A stretch of 61,960 nt of DNA, filler included, from Sphacelaria rigidula (taxonomy: Eukaryota), in assembly GCA_964200075.2 (NCBI GenBank). It is 11 parts of 11 records of this genome, joined end to end, with 100 filler letters (N's around TTAATTAATTAA, not from the genome) between each part and the next. Parts side by side here need not be neighbours in the genome. Positions count along the whole stretch, not along the records: positions 45,138 to 50,678 come from CAXNAA020026490.1; positions 50,779 to 56,319 come from CAXNAA020026491.1; positions 56,420 to 61,960 come from CAXNAA020026492.1; 8 more parts are not named here. One strand, written 5' to 3'. The translations under genes were made by a program, and so were the position numbers. The notes below the pieces were generated by a model, which was not told where the DNA came from, did not search any database, and saw only the letters and a program-made list of their open reading frames with translations. Positions within the stretch are counted from its first letter, which is position 1. Each line of letters starts with the position of its first letter. Positions 47,986 to 60,187 of the stretch are shown here, one piece after another.

Positions 47986-49645
47986 TTTTGGTGAAAGACC
48001 CCGATTTTTTTTTTTTTTTTAATTCCAAATATTTTGGTACAAAATCTGTAAATTCATATGTTTTCAATAAATAGCTTGTCCTCCTGTCCGAGGTAAATTC
48101 CTCTTCACCGGATTTGAATCGAGCGAAAAGGAATTTATTTTGGACAGCAGGACAAGCTATTCAAAACAGATCCTTTTTTCGCCCAATTTATTTCGGAAAA
48201 AAAAAAGAAGGATTTATTTTGAGCAGCAGAAGATGCTGTTCAAGATCGATCCTTTTTTCGCCCATTTGAAATGGGCGAAAAAAGGATATATTCCGAACAG
48301 CTTCTTCTGCTGCGCAAATCCCATGCACACTGGCAGATTCGGAATTTGAACAGCAGAAGAAGCTCGAAATAAATATATACTTTCCCCTCCACTTCATCCA
48401 GAGATTGAGGGAAAATAGATTCATTTCGAGCAGCGTCAGCTGCTGGGCGAATCCCGCATACTGCATCGTCACCAGCGCATGGGATCCGACACTCAGAAAA
48501 AGTTGCTGAAAGGTATATATCCTTTTGCCCCCCTGTCCGTATGTACATGGGCTGAAGAATGAATAGCTCTCAACAGCTTTCGCTGAATAGAGATCCCACA
48601 AGTTGGACACGTGTGTATGTCCACACCTGTGCTTCGTCTGAAACCCCTGGGAAGGCGCGGAAAGATGCTAGACCGCCGGGTATACCTCGTCTATCTATCC
48701 ACATTTTCCCCAAACCCCCGTATTGCATCGTCTACCAACACAAACCATATTTACGTTTTATCACTTAATCAATCGTATATGAATAGTATATGTAGACCAC
48801 CATAACTCAAAGATATATCTATACTCCGTATGTATATCACCGCACACAAATTGAACATCAATGAACGCACCCGCCCGCACAACAGTATTATTCCACCCGG
48901 CTATACCACCACAACCCCGCAGCAAAGAGCACGGGTTGGGCAGAGGGATATAGACACATACACACTGCCGTGCGGGTGAATATGATGTATTTCTCGTTGA
49001 TGGAAACTTGACCACCTTCTTTTATGGTCGCGACATCGCGCGGCGACGACATACGCGGGTGCGTATATATAGGCGCGGGTGCGAGGAACAATAATCAATC
49101 TTTGTACAGTCTAGTACAGTTTATCGGTGTAAATATATATCCCGAGTACGCTGTATCAACCACGCGATGAGGTGTTTCATTATCCCCTGTATATTGTTTT
49201 AGTTTCGTCGACGCGGGACTACGGGGTTTTCATCACGTATATGCATCTATGACCGAGGTCAAATGCGATCAACTACCATAAGGTCAGCTGCAACAAAAGC
49301 TTCCGTGCAGTATATGGGACTTGAACAGCTGAAGCTGCTCGCGAGCAAGTTCTTTCTCCACCCAATTTCAGGTATTCTTGGTGGTGTACAAATTCCATCT
49401 GCTATATACAGTGTATATGGGATTATCTGTACAGCTCAAGCTCTTCGAAATTAATCCTTTTTGTTCTCTTCCAAGTTTGGAATTAGGATTTATTTCGAAC
49501 AGCAAAGACTGTCCAACTTCCAGATTTCAATCACACCTGTGCCTCCCAAAACATCAATCCGGGGGATTTCAGTGTTATTGGCACGGACCTCCGAGGGTCC
49601 CAAAATTCAGAAGTACAAGGAATACATTCCATTCACAACGACTAC

Positions 49646-49714
49646 CACGCGTAGCTCCGCGTGTGTAACCGGTTGACTGTATAATGATCAAGTCGGGGGT
49701 TCGATTCCCCGTCC
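49646..49714 (+). mobile_element. tRNA-derived SINE-like head
   Basis: GCGTAGCTC...GGGGGTTCGATTCCCC (B box with T-arm stem); no complete cloverleaf. Confidence 0.4.
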
Positions 49715-50329
49715 AACCTGATCAGTATTTGTTTCCGCCAGTACCTTACGCCCGCAGCTGCATGTGGAGGGTAGTGTTTGTGCGTAAACACACTGCACAG
49801 CAATGCCAGCAGCGATGAACTCTTCACAGGGCGACGGAACCCTGTGATGCACGCACTCTTCACGACCACGGTAGAAAACCCCTGTGGAGAGGAACCCTGT
49901 GATGCACCCTATTCATGACCACTGTAGGGAGACCCCATGGAGCGTCCTGTGCTACGCTGGATAACACTGTACAGTAAAATAGCCGCCAGAAACACTGCGC
50001 AGGGTACGTAAACCCTGTAGACTCCCTCCACAGGGTGCTATCGGTCCACGTGTGCGTTCAACACTGGAAGATCTAGTACGCTGCAGGCCGCACGTGCAGC
50101 CGCGGCACGATACACCACAGACTGCACAGCAAAAATATGAAGCGTGATAACCAGGTGGTCGACAACCACACCACCATCTGTGTTGTGACGCAACTATGTA
50201 CCTCTTATGCTCTCTCGGTCCCTTCCGCCGTAGAGTAGGCGTTTTTAGTTGTGACGAAGGAATGATTCTGAACCCAAACAAGTGTAGTGTCTACCTCAGT
50301 CCACCAGCGGGGGGGTCGCTGTCTAAGGG

Positions 50330-50535
50330 TTAACCCCTGGACCGCGGTCCATCTGGACCACGTGTACGTTTTTCAAGTGAATATTGATGCCGATTCAGCA
50401 AGTGACCTACTCTCGCAGTCTACAGGTTAACCCCTAGACCGCGACGGGGGGTGACCTGCTGAATCGCCATCAATTTTCACTTGAAAAAGAATGCGTGATC
50501 CAGATGGACTACCCGCTTCGCGGTCTAAGGGTTAA
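50330..50535. mobile_element. Two piggyBac-type mini-MITEs in opposite orientation sharing a TTAA
   Basis: TTAA(50330)-CCCCTGGACCGCG...CGCAGTCTACAGG-TTAA(50427)-CCCCTAGACCGCG...CGCGGTCTAAGGG-TTAA(50532). A further right end, CGCTGTCTAAGGG, precedes 50330. Confidence 0.85.
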
Positions 50536-50781
50536 CTCCTCCTGCGGAGGTTTGGGGAAGAAGATACTTTCGCTCTGTGTTACTCTTTCGTATCTTCCCT
50601 GCAAAAAAAAACCCCAACTTCAACCTCATTTTGTGTTTCAACCCCCAAAATTAGGATCCGCTGTTGGTTGTGTAGCGANNNNNNNNNNNNNNNNNNNNNN
50701 NNNNNNNNNNNNNNNNNNNNNNTTAATTAATTAANNNNNNNNNNNNNNNNNNNNNNNNNNNNNNNNNNNNNNNNNNNNATA

Positions 50782-51597
50782 CCTGATCTAGGAAACTCTT
50801 TTTCAATCGTACCTTATCTGGGCCACCAGTCGGCCCAGAAAGTATCTATCCTGGGCCATCGCTTCCCACACTGTACCTGATGCGGCACAATGCGCCCATG
50901 GGAATCCACGCGCTAACTGCAACAACGGTGCATACACATTCGGCTCTTTTCCCGCCCAATTGCCGTTCACGAACGCCACAACAACCACATGTTACCAACA
51001 CTAACGCCACAACCATCAACCCTTTTGGGACCGGACTCCCCACGATGGTATGTTTGTGGAGCTTTTCCCCACTTTCCCCCCACAATCGTGTGTTAGTGGC
51101 AGTGTCCATAAGTTTTGTTTTCATGTCAAATGATGCCAATTCAGAAAAAGGTGTGAATTGGTATCATTCAAAAAGGTGTTAATTGGCACTATTTTGACCT
51201 AAAAACAACACAAATGGACAACTGCCACCACCATCCGATTGTAGGGGAACATGACAACAGCCCCAGATCGCAACGGCATGTTGTTACATAACACTCCGCG
51301 AGCGCAAAAAAACGAAGCGTTGTGAGTTGTGAGTCCGGCTCTTGTGTCGATGCGGAGAGACTCAGGAACCCGTTTCCGTGAAGAAAGAGGTGTGGTCGTT
51401 GTGGCGTTCGTGAACGGCAAATGGGCGGGAAAAGAGCCGAATATGTATGCACCGTTGTTGCAGTTAGCGCGTGGATTCCCATGGGCGCATTGTGCCGCAT
51501 CAGGTACAGTGTGGGAAGCGATGGCCCAGGATAGATACTTTCTGGGCCGACTGGTGGCCAGATAAGGTACGATTGAAAAAGAGTTTCCTAGATCAGG
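50782..51597. mobile_element. 816-bp foldback / long-TIR element flanked by TA
   Basis: 50782-50989 is the reverse complement of 51391-51597 with only a handful of differences. TA at 50780-50781 and 51598-51599. Confidence 0.9.
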
Positions 51598-52999
51598 TAT
51601 ACCTGGCCGAAATTTGGTCTAGAAACGGGAAGTGGCTTCTTGAGGCGAGATGTCCTTCTGCGCATGGCCATATCTCGCGAGTAATATGTTTTTTTTCTGT
51701 ACTGTTTTCGAGGCCCGGGTGCCGAGGAGCCCCCCGATTGCTGTGCATGAACCATTCGGAGCGAAACCGGTTTAGATTGTGTGTTCTGCTGTTTCGGCGT
51801 TTCTGGTCATTCTTTTTACGTTGCTTGAGCAAAAAACGAGAAGGTATGCCTTTTCCTAGGCAATCGCCATTGAGAAAAGAGCGTGTTCCTCATGCTACTG
51901 CACAAAAACAGGCCATGCGCGGGCGATGACAATTCGGGCTTGCGATTTCCCACCAATTCCTTGCTGACTTCCAAATGCTCGCGTGTGCACCCCATGGTGC
52001 TGATCGAAAAATCAGCTTGATCCCCGCTTATTCTCGAGGACATACTGAACCAACCTGTCCAACTGTGGTGCAGAACAGGGTTTACTTTCCCATGCAGCAC
52101 GCCGGCTCAAGCCCAGGCACGCACACGAATGTTGGCATCCAAGTTTTGTTTGCCAAAAGCTCACGGTACCAACGTCTATATACAACCAATGTGGTTACTT
52201 GGTACGCTCTCCAATGATGCAGTATTTCATCTGTATCATCTGTATGCAGTATCGCTCCACTATGGTTGAAGCTGAAGGAAAAAGCGGGAGGGTGGGGACT
52301 GAAGTGGCGGGCGCCGTACGCGGGCCCTCCTAAACTTGCCACCGTACGAACAAACGATGAACTAGTCGTCGGACATGTTTCATAAAAAACGTTTGTATCG
52401 TCATTATTTTCCCAGATTGCAGCACAGGTGGGTAGGTCGAGAAATTTCGAAAGTTACGTGTATACTGGTGCATCAAACTCGCGTACTTGAGCTTTTATGC
52501 TCTAAAGTAACGTGATTTTGGCTATTGTAGGAGATCTACCATGAACCGCTCACACTGTAGCCAAGTTATCAAACCCGACAGAGCTTCATTCGAGTAGACC
52601 AATGAGTCATACTTGATTATTCGAGTCGTTGGTCGTAGGCTGCCGAGGAGGGGTTCGAACTCATCGACCAAGGTTCCAATATATAGTTGCAGGGTAGTAC
52701 ATGTGGGTGCATCAGCAGGAAGGATACTAAACTGTTACAGGGAAGTGTATGTAGTTAATATGGTGAGGCGTTGAGTTAGAAAAGTAGAGAGGAGTATCAA
52801 TGAGTACAATGGCAAGCATGTTTCTGCTCCTAACATGTCATTTTCCATTGGGGAGGGCGCTACAAGCTTTTACTCAAAACTTCGGCGCATCATGATCACA
52901 AGGGTTGGAATTACTCACACGAAGTGCGGTTCAGCGCGTAAAATGTGGGTACGTAAGATAGTGAGTATGGCGCAGGGACCAGATGTGTTGAGAAGCTGA

Positions 53000-54100
53000 G
53001 GTACCCAGTGAAGTGATGAAGACGTCTGTTCCAGTAAATATTTTGGGCTGGGAGCCAAATGAGCTCGCTCCGTTGATCTCGCACACCACACCTCTCACTT
53101 CCTGTTTGATTCAAGTCTGAGATATTCGGTGAGAGGGAGTGGGTGGCCTTCGAGCGACATAATGCGAGCTTTTACGACTCAAGGACACATGATAGTTTCA
53201 CAGGTTCTTGTGCCTTTGACCTGCATCACCACTGACGCTTCTCTACTATGTGCCATCGCTCGATTATCTAGCTACTAATCATTGTCCGAGAGTGTGGACT
53301 GAGCTCACACTTTGAAACAGATGAAATTCGTACCCCATCCACAACATATTTTACGGAATCATCGGTCGACTCACACGTTAGCCTAGAATAACGCCGCCAA
53401 CTTCCTGCGCTGTCTTGAGTAGGTCTTATGGGAACCGCTCCGACGCACTATCTCATGTCGAGTGCTCCGCAGATCCGAACCGGTGGCGCAGAAAAAAATC
53501 TTAGTTGACTTCTTGATACGAGATAATGAGCTGTAACAACGGCTATTCTGTGACGACAAGGCCTGCCATCGATCCAATGATGGGAGCAGATGTAGCTTTC
53601 CCGCTTCATAAACAAAACAGGCATTTCAGCCCACGGTGCAAAATATGGAAGGTGGCAGGTCGACGCCCGGGCATTACTCAACTGAACACGGTGTGCCTTG
53701 GTTGACCGGCAATCGTTCATTACTGAGGGAGTAGTAGCAATGCACGCCCCTATATACAATCCACACGTGCAGCGGCCGTGCGGTTCTTTCCCGTCTTCGC
53801 GACCTTGACTCGAGCAGCGCCAGAGGCACTGGTATGCTCAAGGCCTCTACCGGAGGCTATCGAATGGCTCGACCGTGAGCCTGTCGCTAGCTGCTTGAGT
53901 CACCGTACAGCACAGAGTGCTTGCCTGAGCTTGTGTCCATTCGAACCATCATAACCAGTAAAGGTATTACCCATGAGTTCGAGTGAGCGTGGTTATGTAC
54001 GAGATGGAACTTTCGTTTCAAGCAAAACCTCCCGAACCCTGAGTATCGTGATATGGAGACCCTCCTAAATGGGCTGATGACGGCTTGCACAAGAGTAGAT
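53000..54100 (-). mobile_element. Highly decayed Ty1/Copia RT-RNase H remnant
   Basis: Motifs in order: KHSVLYGD (~KSLYGL), FFSAPPVRICGA (~FMxxPxxxHxxA), STDDSVKYVVDGVRISSVSK (~DDRRSxSGYV..GxxISWxSK). Bounds approximate. Confidence 0.45.
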
Positions 54101-54491
54101 ACGAGCCACGTCTGGATACTTATGACTCAGTACTTTATCTCGAATGTTTTGTGACCGCTCAACGAGTAACCATCCTCACTGTATCGCGCTGTGTCACCAT
54201 CATATTTCAACCGCATGGAACCTTCCACGTAACAACTCTACCTCATCTTGACAACACCTTTCGCCTACAGAATGAACATGGCTCGGGAAGGATCAACGTC
54301 ATGGCGAGCCCGGCTTTCCCCGTGGCAAACTCCCCGTGGCGACCACCCCGATATTTCTCTGGCCATATGATACATTTCATGTTGTGGGCATACTTCGCGA
54401 TACATCAAGAGAATGCATAAAATATGTCTCATATTTTGACATAGGCTTACTTCAGGTCAATATGGTCATGGGACACATACCAACAACCCAC

Positions 54492-54884
54492 CTGTAGATG
54501 AAACAGACCTCCAATAAGCGCATACACATCCGCAACGTCTGTCGACTCAGCTTCACCCAACTCCCCCAGGCTGGCTCCGTAGCTCTCCACCTCCAGCTGA
54601 TCATTGCCGGACAGCTCCTCTAGTGACCGCCACAAACGAATCAGCGCAAACTCGTTTGCGATCAGTCCCTTGTTTTTACTAAATTCCCAAACAACGGATG
54701 GCCTGCCCAGGTACTGCGTTTGACGTCTCACAGCATCCTCGACCAACCCGTGCCTGCCCCCACTTTCACACTCTAGTTTGATGAAGTCCAACAGCAGGTC
54801 GTGCACGTAAAAGGAGCCCTCCACCTCGTACAACAGTGCATTGCGCGCTAGGAACTCAGCTTCTTGCTTCGCACCTTCTTCATC
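54492..54884 (-). CDS. NB-ARC/STAND protein exon (winged-helix MHD motif and helical linker)
   Basis: acag|GAT... encodes DEEGAKQEAEFLARNALLYEVEGSFYVHDLLLDFIK...LWRSLEELSG...IGGLFHLQ|gtgggt; 393 nt, phase 0. VHD corresponds to the MHD motif. Confidence 0.9.
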
Positions 54885-55554
54885 CTGTAACGCGGTATAC
54901 AGTACAGTCACGATACACGTGGCGATGTTAGACGTGGGCGATCCTACAAGTTTCGCGAAACAAGTATTCCGGCGACCCTAGTTGACGGTAGGGTTTCCTC
55001 ACAAACGCTGCAATGCAAGCTTCAAGTCCTCCTTCTGAGACACATCCATTTCAATTCGTCTACATGGACGCGGACTCGCATCTCATCGAGGTTCAAGCTA
55101 TGCCCCCCAACAGACGTAGGGTAAGGCCCGAACATGGGAAGGGGGAGAAGTGATATACTAGAACCAAATAGTCTCGGCATCGAAATGGAAACAAACCCCG
55201 TTCGGGGACTCAAGGTGGCCTTCACCTTTCTCTCTGTCCCGCTATTGCAAACAACTGGTGGCTTGATTTTGGCAAAAAGTCAAACCGAACTTGCTCCAAC
55301 ATCAAGCACAAAAGAAACCACGTACCACACCAGACAAGCACCAGCGCCGGATACCTTGAAACCAAGTGCAACCTCACACTACACATGAATCGAGCTATGT
55401 TGACCATCAGGCATACCGACCCAAGAACCCCATGCACAGGAGGGGGAACACGCCTGCGTGAAATTCAGCCCATCTCACAACCATCACCGGGCATTACGGT
55501 ACACATGCACAACGGTCCGTGGCCGATGTATCGGCCCTTCCACATGAACCGCAC

Positions 55555-55869
55555 CTTCTCCCAGAGCGTGGCCAGCATAGCAGTTGATGTCCCAACACCA
55601 CGAGCAAGCACAACCAGACTCAGGAACATGTCCTGCTCCTCTCGACCTAACTCTTCCAGACTCACGGACAGCACGGGAAACAGCGACGTCTTGGACTTGT
55701 CGTCGGCGATGTCTCTGCTCATCTGCAGACCTAGCCGTGTTGCCTTCTTCTCCTTGATCTCTCGGTGTAGTTCATGCCACGATAGAGCAGAGTCTGGGCT
55801 TTTGGTGACACACGGGAGCGACCCAGCAATAGCTAGCGCCAACGCTAGACGCCCGCATTCCTCAGCAAC
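55555..55869 (-). CDS. NB-ARC/STAND protein exon (GLPL region and RNBS-D)
   Basis: gtag|GTT... encodes VAEECGRLALALAIAGSL...LSVSLEELGREEQDMFLSLVVLARG...MLATLWEK|gtgcgg; 315 nt, phase 0. Confidence 0.9.
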
Positions 55870-56165
55870 CTACGACGCAGGCATCACGATGGCGGAGTCA
55901 GACAAACCAACGCGGGCCGCGGATGCAGTCCAGCGAGTCTAGCGGAAATCGGCACTACCTGAAAACCTCAGCCACCAAAACAATGCCGCTCGCAGTCTCA
56001 CTTCGTGATTCTTTTCGTAGATGGGGGAAATTTGTGCGTCAAGCGAGGAAAGCAGCATTCACATCAGTCATTGATATTCATAGGGTCATCTCTGCGATCG
56101 ACGTATACGAATGGCTAGCATCCCTTGAACGCTCCATCGTGAACCAATGGCCGTCATTCTTGTAC

Positions 56166-56319
56166 CTGGTCAGCCTCTCTCTCCGGAAGTGTCACGGCGC
56201 CGCTCCTCGACTTCAACAGCTGCCGCGCCTCCCCCTGGCTCACGCTTCCCACCTCCGTGCACCCTCCGTCCATCGCAACTACTGCACGGACACGCGTGGT
56301 CACCAGCAGTCGAAGTCCC
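56166..56319 (-). CDS. NB-ARC/STAND protein exon fragment (RNBS-B / sensor-1), truncated by the contig end
   Basis: GLRLLVTTRVRAVV...SQGEARQLL...EADQ|gtacaa; LLVTTR motif; in frame with the next exon. Walker A and B lie beyond the contig. Confidence 0.88.
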
Positions 56320-56518
56320 NNNNNNNNNNNNNNNNNNNNNNNNNNNNNNNNNNNNNNNNNNNNTTAATTAATTAANNNNNNNNNNNNNNNNNNNNNNNNN
56401 NNNNNNNNNNNNNNNNNNNGGATGACAGCCAACAATGAGTTGCTTTATTTTCTGGTATCGCCACTTCCAGAGACAGCCACGTCTTATACACTGCCTCATG
56501 GGTTCGTCACCGGAGGGA

Positions 56519-56812
56519 GGGGCATACTCATTTGTTGCTTGTCTCAAGTCATTCGACCATTGATCGTGTATCCCCTCCGAGACGGAGCACCGTTCCATGT
56601 CCAAATTGAAACACTTCCAAACACTTGGGCGCTCACCACGTTTCTTCCCAAAAATTTGCAAACACATTTTATATATCTTATCCCCTCCTTGTTTCGCCGT
56701 CTGTAGCCACTCTCCATCTCCCCGTAAAGCGATCATTTTCTCGCTACCGTCTAGTGTACCAAACAACCCCATGCCATCTTCGTTTACTTTCCACATTTCC
56801 TCCTCCAACATC
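56519..56812 (-). mobile_element. 5'-truncated LINE: decayed ORF2 C-terminus and 3' end
   Basis: The minus strand reads MLEEEMWKVNEDGMGLFGTLDGSEKMIALRGDGEWLQTAKQGGDKIYK..., then ...CAAGCAACAAATGAGTATGCCCCTCCC. From memory this resembles a common brown-algal non-LTR ORF2 tail. G-rich runs flank both sides. Confidence 0.65.
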
Positions 56813-57029
56813 GGAGGGGAGGGGGGCGGCGGGGAATACGGGGAACGCCATGTGCCCCCTACGCGAGGGCCCATTATCCAGCGTGCATATGTCTACTTGT
56901 ACGACAATAGTGAAGAATTTAGACCGAACACAGCATCCAAGTAATCATGATTGACCAAACTAAATCCAACTTATTAATAACCTTGAACTTGAATCACGTA
57001 ATCATTTACCCTGTATTAGAACCAAGCGA

Positions 57030-58030
57030 TGAGATGTATGCAGCCGAAGCTAAGCAGATGTCGCCACTGAATGGGCTTCAGCCTGACCACACTACATTCA
57101 AGTGATTATGAGAGACTGCGCTTCATCCAAACAAGTACGTCGCCCGCACTCAAGTCGAGTAATGTTCGGCTGCAAGTACGCTAGCTCGGGCAGGGGCGAG
57201 ACAGCAACGTTTCTGGGCGCATCCTGGGCGCCAGGCTCCGGCATGCAACTGCTTGTAGCAGGATTTTACAGTGCAGTACACACCATCACTGAACAACGTG
57301 AAATGGACCAAGTATTGTCGAGTGCAAAATAAGCAGATGTCTTGGTCACTTACTACCCTCTGAACTTATTGCACCCGCTACGATTATCAAGGGAAGGAAG
57401 CAGACGGTTCACCATACTTGTAGATGTACAGAGCGAACGGGATAAGCATATCCATTGCAACACCCAAGTACTGTACTTTTAGAGAAACTTTGGGTTTCAC
57501 TCGGTGTCCTCTCTCCCTCGATGACGCGCTTCATAGGCAAGGAATGACAACGACGCTATGAGGCAGTATCGCACATCATTAGCATGTAACAGGATGATTT
57601 AATGAATCTCTCTCTCTGGTATTTGAAGACCCGTAGGTACGAAGTCGTTCTCAGACCCGTAGATCAGTATCCGTATCCCAATGACAAAAACGCCTCATGG
57701 AGGGTTACGATTGACGAGGTGAGCATAGCTCGATCCTGTACCCGGCTCACTCAGCTAAACTCGTCTGCTCTGGATTGTTTCTGACCTTCTCGGAGATTAC
57801 GAGAGAGATGATGGAATTACGGTATTCAGTCTCTTCCTACTGTGTTCACTCAGCTGTACTCCCCAGCTTTGGATTGCTACCTACCTTCTTGGTGGCCACA
57901 AGAGAAGAGCATCGAACAACGATAATCAAGCTGCCAGCAGGGGAAGATTGAGCTTCACGTATGATCAAAAAACAAACGAATATCTGCCCCGTAAGAGCTG
58001 AGAAGATTAGAGGCTACACAAGTGAGTCAA
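57030..58030 (+). mobile_element. Decayed Ty1/Copia RT-RNase H remnant
   Basis: Motifs in order: LNGLQP (~LYGLKQ), GETATFLG (~LGExxxFLG), MTRFIGK...YEAVSHII (~LSRF..HWxAVKRI), FSEITREMMELR (~LSExxKEAxxLR), GKIELH (~GxIxVxY). Confidence 0.55.
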
Positions 58031-60187
58031 ACAAACACTGCGCTGAAGTAGCACAGAATTTTTGCTCTCAACACACGGCCACGAGGGGAGTTCTAAGCCG
58101 ACCATAGGTACACAACCACGTCGGTGCAAGCAGGAACACGATTGCCTAAAACATTACATCTCGGATACATTAATAATATTCTCGCGAGTCGAAAACCGTT
58201 TTCCATTTCACAGGAGACGCCTAAACAGTCTACAGGGCAGTTCCCCGCTATTCCAGACCACGTTTTCGAGACGATCGATTTTGAATGCATTTGGCAACTC
58301 AAGAAGAGCTAAAACATTGACAGATGACGCGTAATTTGGGCGAGGGGTGGATGATAACACAGGGGACGATAAAACCGTCATCCTCGGGGGTGCTTTCTAC
58401 TTGTACCGTGAAATTATGGGTGGTATCCACCGTTTTGGCCTATACCGTGCGGATGACAATACGTTTGGGTTATATATAAGTTCTTTCGGGATACTTCAAG
58501 TATTGAAATGACAAGATAAAAAATATTTCCTTATCCGGGCATTCAATGTACGCATCCCCTCCAGAACATCAATTGTCACCCGGGCGGTATCTACCGTTTG
58601 AAGCCGTTACACGAGAATGGCGATGTCACCTACACAAACGAACGCATCGATAGGGCGTGTTAACAAGAAAGCATTTATCCCCTCGCCCCCGTTTCGCCCC
58701 ACCCGAGGATGAAATCGCTCCATACCCTCCCTAGGCAAGATGTTAGGGGTGTTATCTACTGTTTTCGCTGGTTACATGGGTATTCACACACGAATGGCGA
58801 TGCCCCCGAACACGCGGGGGGCATCATCAGAACATGTCAATCACAAACCATTCCCTTGTTACCTCCTTCTCCCCCCATCCCCGTTGCCGGGGATGCAATC
58901 AAGGCTTCCCCCCCCCCCCCAAACAATCTCAGCGGAAAGGGAGTGTTACTCAACGTGTGATCCACTGGCGGCCGGGCAGGAATCAATCTTAAAACATGTG
59001 ACCGGTACCAATAGAAAGCCTACAGCCTACCCCAACTACTTGTATTTTCTGTTTTCTTAGCGGAACTGTAAACGCCTCGGGAAAGATGTGATTCCATCCC
59101 CTCTTCAAGTACGCGCTATCACGATAATGGCCAGGGCTTGTTGAATACGATCGGCGAGGCCCGTAAACACGCCAGTGGTCACTGGAGCGTATGCACCCTA
59201 CTTGCTGAGTCGAGACCACCCTTCCTTCCCCCCCTCCCCGACCATGAGATGAGTGTATCCCCTCCTCTAACACCCTCACCTGGGGATGTTACTTGACGTA
59301 TTGGCCGATTGTGGACGGACTGCAAGATGCTTGTGAACGCATGAGAGGTATCGTCAACACGTCGACATTCTCACTGTGTACCCCTGGAATAGCCCGGAGC
59401 ACCACTGTTCGTTTGCGAGATGAAAAAATGGCGGATAGCACCCCCGGGACGGCTGCTGTCCCATCCCTGAAAAAGACCATGGGTCCAACCTCTACATGAG
59501 ACATCGATGCACTGAGAATGTTTGCTATATAGTCGTACGTGCTACGCAGTGAATTTTCGACTCATGATGGAAGTCTTGAAATGTAATGGAACCGCTGAAA
59601 CGAGAGCGTTGCAACATTAGCCCGCAGGTTGTTCTAAATCCAAATGAATTGGTCGGAACCCGTCGGTCAATGTACAAGAACCTTCACTCGGCGTTTGCCG
59701 AGATTGACGTTGCCCGATTTGGCCGCCAGTTACTTCTACCCTCCCTAAAAGCGCATGTTCGATTGTCGGGTTGCCTTTTTTCACCACATGCCCTGAATAC
59801 CCTGATTTGCAGTACTGGACGTGCAAAATTTCAAGAGTCATTTTCCAGTGAAAAAAGGGTTAATGTCGGGAAAGGCACCTCGGGTTCGGCGTCTCCATCC
59901 ACTTTTCAGTCGGAAAAAAACGGTATTTTCTCGGCTCGAGTCAGAATTGAGCCCGCGAGACTTCCGCCTGGAATAGCGGAGAACTGCTCTATATCTAAAA
60001 AATTTCAACAAAACCCCAGTGTTCGTTCACGGGAAGGGCGAGGGTGGAATTTTTTATTCACAGGGGCGGATAGTTCAAGTCCAAGGGATAACCTGCCAGA
60101 CGTACGGTAGTCAGCCCTCTGAACCTGAACTTTCACATGTTGAGAAAATGTTACTAGCCTCGAGGTAACAAGGCACTCTGTATCTGA

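Noticed and set aside
48886..49235. Possible solo LTR
   Set aside because: Ends in CA but does not start with TG, has no TSD, and has no partner in the window.
50803..51565. Duplicate ORFs MVVVAFVNG...DRYFLGRLVA on opposite strands as a gene pair
   Set aside because: A by-product of the inverted repeat; no recognisable domain or splice context.
59293..59800. Possible hAT transposase remnant (DACERMRGIVNT...LNPNE)
   Set aside because: The TRWNS and dimerisation motifs are not recoverable; too weak to call.
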